Assembly: GCA_030670795.1 (NCBI GenBank)
Contig: DAOVAY010000002.1
Span: forward strand, 1 to 44,660
From: Methanobacteriota archaeon
GTDB taxonomy: Archaea; Thermoplasmatota; Thermoplasmata; SG8-5
Direction: 5' to 3'
DNA length: 44,660 nt
Both the position numbers and the translations under genes were made by a program. How positions within the stretch are numbered: the stretch's first letter is position 1; each line of letters starts with the position of its first letter. This document shows, piece by piece, positions 25,911 through 34,140 of this stretch. The notes beneath the pieces were generated by a model. The model was not told the DNA's origin. It ran no database searches and saw nothing but the letters and a program-made list of their open reading frames with translations.

Positions 25911-27959
25911 TTCCTGCACAGGGATGAGCATATTGGCTAACTGGTGCACGGTAAGGTCCACGGGCACATGAAGCGCATAGACGTCCGGGTCGTTGTTCCA
26001 GATGCATAATTGAGTTTGATAATTACCTGGTGCGAGACTGGTGGCATCGGCGGTTAGCATGACGTCCGCCTGCGAAGCCGGGATTATCGTGCCCGAGGTC
26101 GGATTCACCGAGAGCCAGCCTCCGGAACCGTCGTTGGTTATCAGCGCTTGGTGAATCGAACCTCTCGGTCTTCTAGGGTTGCTAATCGTAGCCGCCGGAG
26201 GTAAGCCGATAGTGTTGCCGTAGGTCCCGGACTCCATCGTTCCGAATGATACTGGATAAGGCACAGGGTCATTGGCCGGCTCCTCGAATCCCCATTCCAC
26301 GTTGCCCGAATATTGAAACGCGACAACGTAATAGTTACCCACCGCCAGGGGAACGCTTATCGGCCCGGAGGAATACCATTTTTCACCGGTTCCGGAACTC
26401 GGTATGTAGGTTTCGTGAATCTTATTGTAAGTGCCTCCGATAGTGGCTCCTTCGTAAACCAGGAAGTATAATTCTCTGTTCCCGGTTATGCCCAGATACA
26501 TCTTTATCTCGTTCAAGGTCGTGGACGTCGCCACCGAATAAATGTTGCCGCAATCATAGCTGGTGATAGATAAAGTCCCGTACTTCCAGCTGCCGATGAT
26601 GTCTGCGGTTGACCCGATTTGGATATTGTGGTCGAGGTTAATCAGACCCTGATTGCCCAGTGTCAGGTTGTCGAATCCGACCTCTCCTTCTAAGACGTTG
26701 AAATTAAAGTCACCTGGGTTATATGTCATATCAGGAGTTGTTCGGATCTCACACACTTTCTCGTGTATGTTATTTGTGATATTTGCCTCTCCACCTATTA
26801 TTTCGCACTGGACTCCCACATCATAGAAACCTGCCACCGTGGGCGCGGTCCAATCGAAGGTGACCATCTCACCGTACCCGGGATTAAGAGAGGTAACGTA
26901 TTTTGTTTGTTCCACCGAGCCCTCTATTAACAGGTCAACCTGAATGTTGGTCTCTACGCTGTCCCCGTAGTTGCACACCGTCCCGTTTACTTGAACGGTC
27001 TTCCCTGCCTTGATGTAATTATGTGGTCCCTCGTAAGTGTGCAGTGGGTCGCCGTCGCACTCCAAGCCGTAGGTCGCCAGTTCATGGGCCGGTAAAGGGT
27101 CATCCGGTTGGAAGTTCTCGATAGCGGCCTGCTCAACCCTTTGAGTATTATCGTCCTGGATGAAGACGCTGACTCCCAGATTGGCCAAGACCATGCCGGG
27201 TTCTATTGTGAACGTCCTGTTGAACCAAGCCTTGTCTCCGGGATTTGCACCCGCTGGGAAGACCGGCTCCCCGACCGCGTCCGGCAGCAGGTCCCACATA
27301 GCCCAGTGATAGGTAGAGAAGTATTGGCCCTTGAAGCCGAATCTGGGGATGACGTCGATGTCGGTCTCCCAGAACCCGAACCTTATCACGCGGTTCGGAT
27401 TTGGCTCGATTGCCTCATGGGCCTCGACGACGACCGAGACCTCTGAAAGACCAAGGTCACCGCTGGTGTTGATCGAGAATCTTGTCAGTTGCCCCAATGC
27501 ATGGTTGAAATATGACCAGTAAACTTCCCCGCTGCCGCCGCGATGTCTGATCTTGGCGCCGTCCTGGCGGATGTGCGGTACGCCACTAAACATTCCGTAA
27601 TATTGCCGTCTAGCAAACGCGTCCACCGCGGAATACAGCCAAATTGAATCATTGCTTGCCGGCCACGACATGTGAGGATACAGCGGAGCCACCAATGAAT
27701 CATTGTAATAATGGTCCAGAACAGGTACGGACGCAGCCTCCACGGCAACGCAGGGACCGCATCTCGAATTCGTGTGGTCTTCCCAAAGTACAGTTCTCAA
27801 CAATCCAGTGTACGGAATATTGCTGGTTCCGGAACCACCGGGTGCCAAGGCGATTTCGGTGTTCGCCTGGTCGGATGCGATCGTATTCGTAAAGAACGAA
27901 AGCCCACTAATGATCATAAGCAGGGCCATCGTCACCCCGTGTATCTTACCGTATTTCAT
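25422..27959 (-). CDS. operon member D: secreted CxxC thioredoxin-like head + CARDB-like/Ig-like modules + shared CTD
   Basis: ATG at 27959 lies 6 nt after GAGGAGGT. N-terminus: MKYGKIHGVTMALLMIISGLSFFTNTIAS. Head motif: VLWEDHTNSRCGPCV. The protein ends ...HGEAYWLNVNSDTTWTINW-stop. Confidence 0.9.
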   Translation of the reverse strand: MKYGKIHGVTMALLMIISGLSFFTNTIASDQANTEIALAPGGSGTSNIPYTGLLRTVLWEDHTNSRCGPCVAVEAASVPVLDHYYNDSLVAPLYPHMSWPASNDSIWLYSAVDAFARRQYYGMFSGVPHIRQDGAKIRHRGGSGEVYWSYFNHALGQLTRFSINTSGDLGLSEVSVVVEAHEAIEPNPNRVIRFGFWETDIDVIPRFGFKGQYFSTYHWAMWDLLPDAVGEPVFPAGANPGDKAWFNRTFTIEPGMVLANLGVSVFIQDDNTQRVEQAAIENFQPDDPLPAHELATYGLECDGDPLHTYEGPHNYIKAGKTVQVNGTVCNYGDSVETNIQVDLLIEGSVEQTKYVTSLNPGYGEMVTFDWTAPTVAGFYDVGVQCEIIGGEANITNNIHEKVCEIRTTPDMTYNPGDFNFNVLEGEVGFDNLTLGNQGLINLDHNIQIGSTADIIGSWKYGTLSITSYDCGNIYSVATSTTLNEIKMYLGITGNRELYFLVYEGATIGGTYNKIHETYIPSSGTGEKWYSSGPISVPLAVGNYYVVAFQYSGNVEWGFEEPANDPVPYPVSFGTMESGTYGNTIGLPPAATISNPRRPRGSIHQALITNDGSGGWLSVNPTSGTIIPASQADVMLTADATSLAPGNYQTQLCIWNNDPDVYALHVPVDLTVHQLANMLIPVQEGWNYVSTPLMPLDTTLPEALLDQDGDTTWTRLKYYDAGMWMSWSSFKPPALNDLYAVNESMGVWLYVEVGSLGDGFINVSGLAPTTTVINLKAGWNMVGYPATDDSAYDVNDLIADTGATDVEGFNPAAQYNIEVLAGGYVLKHGEAYWLNVNSDTTWTINW

Positions 27960-27971
27960 ATCAAAACCTCC

Positions 27972-28472
27972 TCACGGATTCACCGTCCAGACGGCATCCG
28001 CTGTAACATGCACCAGATAAGCGTGCCCAGGCTCCATGTCCACCGAGCCCAGATCAGTTTCCTCCCGTATCCTGTACGGCTGGACCGGGTCGAATACCTC
28101 AATCATGTCCGCAACTACCGGCAGGGTGATAATCGCCGCTCTCACGGTGGTCGACGGATACCCCACCATGTTCCACCCGGTCTTCAGGTCGATGTTTGTC
28201 ACGCCAGGATCCGTTCCCGCGACCTTAATGAAACCGTCGCCCAGTGCAATGGCGTCCGGTATGTACAGCCACAGCCCCATCTTATGGTCGGCTGTGTTAA
28301 GGTCGTTAAGCGCTGACGGTCTGAAATCGGCCCAGGTCTTCCAGGGATCCAATACATCGAACGCGTCAAAATGCTGGAGCATGGTCCACGTAGTGTCACC
28401 GTCAAGGTCGAACAGGCCACCCGGGGCCTCCGTATCATCAGGTATCAACGGGGTCGAGATGAAGTTCCAGCC
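27972..28472 (-). other. shared C-terminal module (CTD), copy 8 (166 aa), the most divergent
   Basis: GWNFISTPLIPDD...MGLWLYIPD...GWNMVGYPSTT...PGHAYLVHV...VWTVNP-stop. It ends in P rather than W. Confidence 0.75.
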
Positions 28473-30728
28473 CACGTTCAGCGGTCCGATATCGTATGTC
28501 TGACTGAACGACGGTGTCACACTTGACTGTGTAGCACCGAAGCCCGTCTCCATGATGAAATTCGCTACGGGGGTCTGCCATGAGATGTCGACGTTATCAT
28601 ATCCTGCTATCTCCAGCGTCTGCTTGGAAAGACCGACTTCCAGCACGCCAACCTTCAGGTAATAGGTCGAGGTCGAGGTGACGACTCCGCCAACGTCCAA
28701 GGGTCCGACCGATGCCCAGGAGGTCGCGGAATTCACCATCGCGCTCCATATCTCGGTACCTATCGTCGGCGTCCCTCCTTCAGAATCAATGAACACGTAA
28801 AAGTATAGGTCAGCAAGATTACTCGGTCCCCATTGACTGCAAATCCAGTCGAAGTTCAGCATCACGTTCTGCGGGGTTCCGGTCGGGGTGAAGGCGTACT
28901 CCCAGTACGAACCGCAATCCGGCAAGGGCTCCGGGCCTCCGATCTTATACCAGTAATCGGTGCTCACCCAGCCGCCCGGGTTACCGCCAGCGGGTAGCCA
29001 TTCCAAGTTGTTGAGGTTCTGCCTCATCCAATGATACGGCTGCCAGCCGTCCGGTCCAGCATTGAATTCGCTAAGGAACTGCTCGAACGTTACAGCTTTG
29101 CCCGCGGTCACGTCCAGGCACAGCTCGATTATTAAAGAATCTCCATCAGGTATCACACCGCTGAGGGCTTCGACCCATGTGAACAGGTGGCTGGTCTGGA
29201 AGTTCCCGACGTTCTCGTCATCATAGATGTCTGCGTAAAGCGGTGTCACCTGGTCTGATGATGCAAAAACGTTCGCGTAAAGGTAAGCATCGAAACCGTC
29301 GTTTCTCAGGTACCCGTTGACGTTGAAGGTCCAGTTGCCGTATATGGTCTTATCACTGAAGGTGCTGGTGGTTTCCCACCTGTCAATAACGTATTGGCCA
29401 GTAGCAGTGATTATCGTTGTGATGGTTGTCAGATTCTTCTCGCACGGCATCATGTTAAGGTCAAGGTTTACGGGACCACTAACCTGGAAGTACCATTCGT
29501 CATCGGGAATGTTGTCAACCGAAAACGGCTGCCTGAAGGTCCTCACCGCTGTCTCGCCACCGGAATCGGTGGCGCTCAGCCTCATGATATAGTTCACACC
29601 GTCGGCCAAAGGCGTTGTGTCCCAGGTGAACGTGCCGTCGTTGTTGGCAGTGCCGCTCTCCAGCACGAACCACGTGCTTCCCCCGTCAGGGCTGTATTCC
29701 AGTGTTATGTCCAGCGTGCTGTCGACGTCTTCCAGGTCGGTCGCATCCCAAGTGATGGTCTCGACACCGCCCAATATCTGGTCCTCCCCTGCAGGGTGGG
29801 TCATCTCGACGTATGGTTCATGATTGTAAAAGTTACCGAAGTCCTCAACGTGCGCCTGCTCGACTAGCTGGGAGCTATTAGACTGGACCCATATGGACAT
29901 GCCCACCATATTATCAACGACTTCCCAGGCGGGGTCCAATGTGAAGTTTTGAGTTATTTCCAAGGTGTCCCATTTCTTGGCTCCGTTCGGCCATATCGGT
30001 GTTCCGAACGAATCAGGAATTAATTTCCAACAAGCAAATCTGAACTCACCCGATGGCGGTGACCCAGCTGGAGGATCACCGGGATCATAGAATCTCGGGT
30101 CGATCTGTATGTGGTCCTCCCAGAGAGCGCATTGCAGGATTAGGTCGGTAATATTTATGTCGTTCACGGCCTCCAGCTGGATAGTTACTGTGCCTGAGCC
30201 TCCGGATATGCTGCCAGTAGATGTGATCGAGATGTTTGCGGGTATAGGCAGGCGCTGGTCGAACCACGCGTGTATCTCCGGGTCCTCCGGAACCCCTTCT
30301 TCACTATCTGTTCGCCAGCTGCCGTCTATCCACGTGTAGGGATTGGCCGACGAGCCATAGTAAGTCAAGAATCTCTGCACGCAGGGTTCCCAGTTTCGTT
30401 GGAATATCGGGTCGCTGCCGCCGTTCGTGTGAATCCATAGCGGCGCTATCTGGTCGAACCCGTACGTGTCGACGGTTCCGTAAAGCCCTGTCCCGCCATT
30501 GATTCCCTCTGCCAGCTCATGACAGAAGTGACACGTAACGAAGGTGAACTCCTCCAACATCACGGTTCTAGGCACGCCCGACAGCATTGGTTCTTCTTCG
30601 CCAACATCAGAGCACGGCTCTACCTCTGTAGGATTTGATGCCAATCCAACTGTGAATGTAGCAAATACACAGGATATTATCAACGTAACAATGACAATAA
30701 ATGTCACGCCTCCTCTGATGATTCTCAT
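27972..30728 (-). CDS. operon member E (first gene): secreted CxxC thioredoxin-like head + Asp-box Ig-like module + jelly-roll-like regions + a divergent shared CTD
   Basis: ATG at 30728 follows a GAGGAGG RBS. N-terminus: MRIIRGGVTFIVIVTLIISC. Head motif: VMLEEFTFVTCHFCH. It contains EYSPDGGSTWF and ends ...PGHAYLVHVTADAVWTVNP-stop. Confidence 0.9.
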   Translation of the reverse strand: MRIIRGGVTFIVIVTLIISCVFATFTVGLASNPTEVEPCSDVGEEEPMLSGVPRTVMLEEFTFVTCHFCHELAEGINGGTGLYGTVDTYGFDQIAPLWIHTNGGSDPIFQRNWEPCVQRFLTYYGSSANPYTWIDGSWRTDSEEGVPEDPEIHAWFDQRLPIPANISITSTGSISGGSGTVTIQLEAVNDINITDLILQCALWEDHIQIDPRFYDPGDPPAGSPPSGEFRFACWKLIPDSFGTPIWPNGAKKWDTLEITQNFTLDPAWEVVDNMVGMSIWVQSNSSQLVEQAHVEDFGNFYNHEPYVEMTHPAGEDQILGGVETITWDATDLEDVDSTLDITLEYSPDGGSTWFVLESGTANNDGTFTWDTTPLADGVNYIMRLSATDSGGETAVRTFRQPFSVDNIPDDEWYFQVSGPVNLDLNMMPCEKNLTTITTIITATGQYVIDRWETTSTFSDKTIYGNWTFNVNGYLRNDGFDAYLYANVFASSDQVTPLYADIYDDENVGNFQTSHLFTWVEALSGVIPDGDSLIIELCLDVTAGKAVTFEQFLSEFNAGPDGWQPYHWMRQNLNNLEWLPAGGNPGGWVSTDYWYKIGGPEPLPDCGSYWEYAFTPTGTPQNVMLNFDWICSQWGPSNLADLYFYVFIDSEGGTPTIGTEIWSAMVNSATSWASVGPLDVGGVVTSTSTYYLKVGVLEVGLSKQTLEIAGYDNVDISWQTPVANFIMETGFGATQSSVTPSFSQTYDIGPLNVGWNFISTPLIPDDTEAPGGLFDLDGDTTWTMLQHFDAFDVLDPWKTWADFRPSALNDLNTADHKMGLWLYIPDAIALGDGFIKVAGTDPGVTNIDLKTGWNMVGYPSTTVRAAIITLPVVADMIEVFDPVQPYRIREETDLGSVDMEPGHAYLVHVTADAVWTVNP

Positions 30729-30772
30729 TCTAATCTCTCCTCCTCTGTAAGTGGTAGTAAATGCAATTATTA

Positions 30773-30784
30773 CCTTATAAAAGT
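30773..30784 (-). promoter_or_regulatory. candidate TATA box for the five-gene operon
   Basis: The minus strand reads CTTTTATAAGG about 47 nt upstream of the ATG at 30728. This leaves a ~20-nt leader that contains the GAGGAGG RBS. Confidence 0.35.
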
Positions 30785-30834
30785 TATTAATTCAGAAATT
30801 TTTAATGAGGCCAGACTGGTTAACACCCGGTTCG

Positions 30835-31443
30835 TCATCTCCTTCTAAATATCGTCATAGCTACAAAGGCCAACATTGCAGCCGCCAATAATGTCCAGAG
30901 CCCGAAACCGGGGATTCCGTCTCCTCCACCGTTCGAACCTGTTCCTACAAGTGCATCAATTTCGCTGATCAAAGCCGAGGAGGAGGCTACGCCCACGTTC
31001 CTGTAAGTAATAAACCCGTTTTCATCGAGAATTACTATCGTGGGTATGCCGGCCACATCGTAGCCCGACTGGCTGGAAATGTCCGATGTGTCTCTGACTA
31101 TTGTCCATGTTATGCCATTCTCGGCTGCGTAGGAAGAGAGAAGGGCGTCCGATTCGCTCGGGTCCACATCCACCGACACTATCTCTACCTGAGAATGGCT
31201 ATATCTATTTTGCACTGTTTTAAGGTGCTCTATTTCAGTAGCGCAGGGTCCGCACCAGGTGGCCATGAAGTCCAGTACTACGACCTTTCCCCTTAAGCTG
31301 GAGAGCGTTAGAGAGCCTCCATCAACCACCGGGAGAGTGAAATTATAAGCGAGTTCTTGGCCTTTTGAAGGCGTGTTTGCGAGCATAAAAGCGCTGCTGA
31401 AAATCAGAAGAGCGGAGAGCCAAATAGCCAATAACTTTCTCAT
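30835..31443 (-). CDS. extracytoplasmic TlpA/ResA-like thioredoxin with a PGF-CTERM archaeal sorting signal
   Basis: I prefer the ATG at 31443 (M45 of the track ORF), which gives the signal peptide MRKLLAIWLSALLIFSSAFMLA. The canonical active site is FMATWCGPC. The C-terminus GTGSNGGGDGIPGFGLWTLLAAAMLAFVAMTIFRRR is a Gly/Ser linker, PGF, a TM helix and a basic tail. Confidence 0.85.
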   Translation of the reverse strand: MRKLLAIWLSALLIFSSAFMLANTPSKGQELAYNFTLPVVDGGSLTLSSLRGKVVVLDFMATWCGPCATEIEHLKTVQNRYSHSQVEIVSVDVDPSESDALLSSYAAENGITWTIVRDTSDISSQSGYDVAGIPTIVILDENGFITYRNVGVASSSALISEIDALVGTGSNGGGDGIPGFGLWTLLAAAMLAFVAMTIFRRR

Positions 31444-31522
31444 CCGGTTCACTTTCTGATTACTCCTTAAACGATTGGGCGATAAAAACATTGCGGCTGA
31501 TTTCAATGATTGGTATTTTGCC

Positions 31523-32491
31523 TCAAACCAAGAAGGAAAATAGAATAATGAAATAGAGGGCAAAGGACCCCACATAACGAATGCTCATGCCGAATGTGGC
31601 TCTCCCCTGACCGACCCATAATTTCTCGATTATTCTTCCGTAATTCCTCTCTGTCCTCAGAAGTTTGATAAACGGAGGTATGTAAGTTATGCACAGGATT
31701 AACACAATCGAATAGAACATTGAAATTCCAACATCATATACCTGGTTCGTCACCAATAGAGTCAAGGTTGTAAAGGTCAATATCAGATACAATGTGAAGG
31801 TCAGCCAGACGGCTCTTTTTCGTCCGAGTGCAACAACCGTGTTCCTCTCCACTTTCTTATCCACCTCGTAATCGCGCACCTCCTGAAGTATCTGGGCTAT
31901 TGCACTGCGCATCATTAGCGCCACCAGAAGGAAGAGGGCGCCTATTGAAAAATCAAGCAGAGCCACAAGACAGAACAAATATGGAAAGGTGTTTATGAGG
32001 ACTCCGTGGCTGAGCACGTCCAGGCCAATTTTGCTTTTGAACCTGAGGGGTTTAGCAGTATAGAAATAAAATACAAATAGGCTGAAGGCAGTAAACAGAA
32101 ATGCAAGAAAATTGAAATAGAGAGATAACGCCAGTGGTATTATTCCAGTCATAACGAGTAACCCTCTAACTGCTTGAGGAGTGACACTCCCGTTGCACAC
32201 GGGATTTCTGTGACGTTTCTTCATGTCTAAAGCGTCAATTTGCCTGTCAAAATAATCATTGCTTGCAAAGAGGAATATCTGAGCTGTGAAAACCACTATC
32301 AATGCGACATAAATGGGAGGTGTGCTAAGCATCTGTAAAATATAATCCATTGTCATGACCTCATGTATTCTATAAATATTAGGAACAAATGCGAAGAACA
32401 CAAGGCTAAAGGCAATCATCCACCATTCCTTGACTCTCGATAGGTCGTAAAGGAGAATTCTAGCCCTGTTTCTCGGTTTTTTCTCTCTCAT
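31523..32491 (-). CDS. UbiA-family prenyltransferase (polytopic membrane protein)
   Basis: The first Asp-rich motif is NDYFDRQID. The second acidic motif is RDYEVDKK. There are about 8 hydrophobic helices. A TATA-like AAATTTATAG lies ~30 nt upstream of the ATG with no SD, so the mRNA may be leaderless. Confidence 0.8.
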   Translation of the reverse strand: MREKKPRNRARILLYDLSRVKEWWMIAFSLVFFAFVPNIYRIHEVMTMDYILQMLSTPPIYVALIVVFTAQIFLFASNDYFDRQIDALDMKKRHRNPVCNGSVTPQAVRGLLVMTGIIPLALSLYFNFLAFLFTAFSLFVFYFYTAKPLRFKSKIGLDVLSHGVLINTFPYLFCLVALLDFSIGALFLLVALMMRSAIAQILQEVRDYEVDKKVERNTVVALGRKRAVWLTFTLYLILTFTTLTLLVTNQVYDVGISMFYSIVLILCITYIPPFIKLLRTERNYGRIIEKLWVGQGRATFGMSIRYVGSFALYFIILFSFLV

Positions 32492-32560
32492 TCTAAACCA
32501 TCTGGCAAAAGGTAGTTTAATACTATAAATTTACGGTGTTATGATGAACATAGTTATCCA

Positions 32561-33160
32561 CTAATTTTGCCCATTTTTCTTATACATCCACAATCCAAAA
32601 TAAACAAACCAAACACAAGCTGGAACAACCGATAGTAGCTCCGGAATAGCAACTCCACTCCATCTATCAGATATTGCCCAGCCAACAGTTCCGATAATGG
32701 CAACACTAAATGCCAGTATCCCAATAACCCTCATTTTGGGGACTATGAGCAAGCATGCGCCCGTTATAAGAGCCGCCAGCAATAATAACACGAAGAAGGC
32801 CACTGAAAAGAATATGTGCAAGGACATCGAATGCTCCGTGAAAACGCCTATGCCTATGAGGGCAATGCAGGCGGCAAGGATCAGACTAATGCCGATTTTA
32901 ATAGGCCAGTTCATTCCGATGCGCAAATATAGATGTAAACAAAAAATCGCGCAAAGTATTCCGCAAATTATCAATCCGGAATTGAATATCGGCGCAACCG
33001 GACGCACTCCCAAATCGCTGAGGGCATTACCTTCAAAGCTGAACCAAGGGGAAAGGGCTATAGAAACCGCTATCGACAACATCGCGATTAAAGGGCCTAT
33101 GATGGCCAATAACGCAATCCATCTCGATTCTAACGTCTCTTTCCATGCCATGCCAATCAT
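32561..33160 (-). CDS. integral membrane protein with ~6 TM helices, possibly DUF998-like
   Basis: The protein is hydrophobic throughout and has an ALSDLG motif after the first helix. Its start overlaps the upstream stop (ATGA at 33160..33157). The family assignment is from memory only. Confidence 0.6.
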   Translation of the reverse strand: MIGMAWKETLESRWIALLAIIGPLIAMLSIAVSIALSPWFSFEGNALSDLGVRPVAPIFNSGLIICGILCAIFCLHLYLRIGMNWPIKIGISLILAACIALIGIGVFTEHSMSLHIFFSVAFFVLLLLAALITGACLLIVPKMRVIGILAFSVAIIGTVGWAISDRWSGVAIPELLSVVPACVWFVYFGLWMYKKNGQN

Positions 33161-33642
33161 TTATCGAACTTGGACCTGTGCCATCTGAGCGGAGGAGTTT
33201 CCCGGCCCTTCCAGGCTTCCACAACCTCTCCAAAGACTGCAAAATGGTCGCCCATCTCCACCGCGTCCTTCTTCTTGCAGACGAACGCCGCTAGAGAACC
33301 CGGTATCAAGGGTACATCTTCCTTACCGATGATCGGCTCAATGCCAAGCACGCCGAATTTGTTGGTATCCCTTCCGCTGACAGTACCAAACACCTCCGCG
33401 ATTCTTTCCTGTCCGTCGCCCAATAGTGACACGCCGAAATAATCGGTTTTTTCCAGCATCTCCCAGGTATGCCTAAGGGGGCTAATGGACACGCACATTA
33501 TAGGCGGGTCGATTGATATCTGGCACACCCAGGCCGCGGTCATGCCGTTCATCTTCTCTCCTTTTTTGGTAGTGATAATTGCGACAGGATGAGATATGAT
33601 GGAGAGCACCTGGCTCACTTCAATTGTTTCAAACTCGCTCAT
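33157..33642 (-). CDS. flavin reductase-like FMN-binding domain protein
   Basis: HPVAIITTKKGEKMNGMTAAWVCQISIDPP...GDHFAVFGEVVEAW is typical of the flavin reductase-like fold. I prefer the ATG at 33642, 1 nt after the protease TGA and next to AGGTGAT. Confidence 0.75.
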   Translation of the reverse strand: MSEFETIEVSQVLSIISHPVAIITTKKGEKMNGMTAAWVCQISIDPPIMCVSISPLRHTWEMLEKTDYFGVSLLGDGQERIAEVFGTVSGRDTNKFGVLGIEPIIGKEDVPLIPGSLAAFVCKKKDAVEMGDHFAVFGEVVEAWKGRETPPLRWHRSKFDK

Positions 33643-33643
33643 G

Positions 33644-34108
33644 TCAATCACCTTGATTCATTATCTGTTCCAATAGATTCAGGACAACCTCTGCTAATTC
33701 TGGTAGAGCTGCCTTTACCTCTGGTGACAGCTCGGTGGAGGAGGACAGGCTCGCCGGTTGAATGGCCGTGATGAATAGGATACCGGGGCAGTTGCCCATC
33801 TTCCTGGCCAACTCGATGATGCTCAGGATGTCCACATCGTGAAGAGAATATCCAAGCGTCTTAACGGAATCCACTTCTTCAGGATTGAACGCACGCACCT
33901 CACCGGGTTTTCCCCCGAAATCCACCGCATCCACTATGATGGCCGCGTCAAGTCCCTCAAGGGTATACAGGAGGTTAAGGCCCCCGGTGCCCTGGTCGAT
34001 TATCTGGACATCACTCGGTATAGATTTTTTTAAGATTTCTAAAACCGCTACACCTGCACCATCATCGCCCATCAGAGGGTTGCCTATACATATTACTGCA
34101 ACTTTCAT
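33644..34108 (-). CDS. [NiFe]-hydrogenase maturation endopeptidase (HycI/HybD/FrhD family)
   Basis: The N-terminal motif MKVAVICIGNPLMGDDGAGVAV (GNxxxxDDGxG) is present, with a later H in GYSLHDVD. The gene lies directly downstream of the large subunit. Confidence 0.8.
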   Translation of the reverse strand: MKVAVICIGNPLMGDDGAGVAVLEILKKSIPSDVQIIDQGTGGLNLLYTLEGLDAAIIVDAVDFGGKPGEVRAFNPEEVDSVKTLGYSLHDVDILSIIELARKMGNCPGILFITAIQPASLSSSTELSPEVKAALPELAEVVLNLLEQIMNQGD

Positions 34109-34140
34109 CTGAGACTTGTATTGATTCGTGTCTTAAAGTC

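Noticed and set aside
32697-33188. A plus-strand 163-aa ORF lies antisense to the membrane protein, and a 247-aa plus-strand ORF at 40982-41725 lies antisense to the NuoG-like gene.
   Set aside because: Both lie fully inside well-supported minus-strand genes, lack an RBS and recognisable motifs, and have biased, low-complexity composition.
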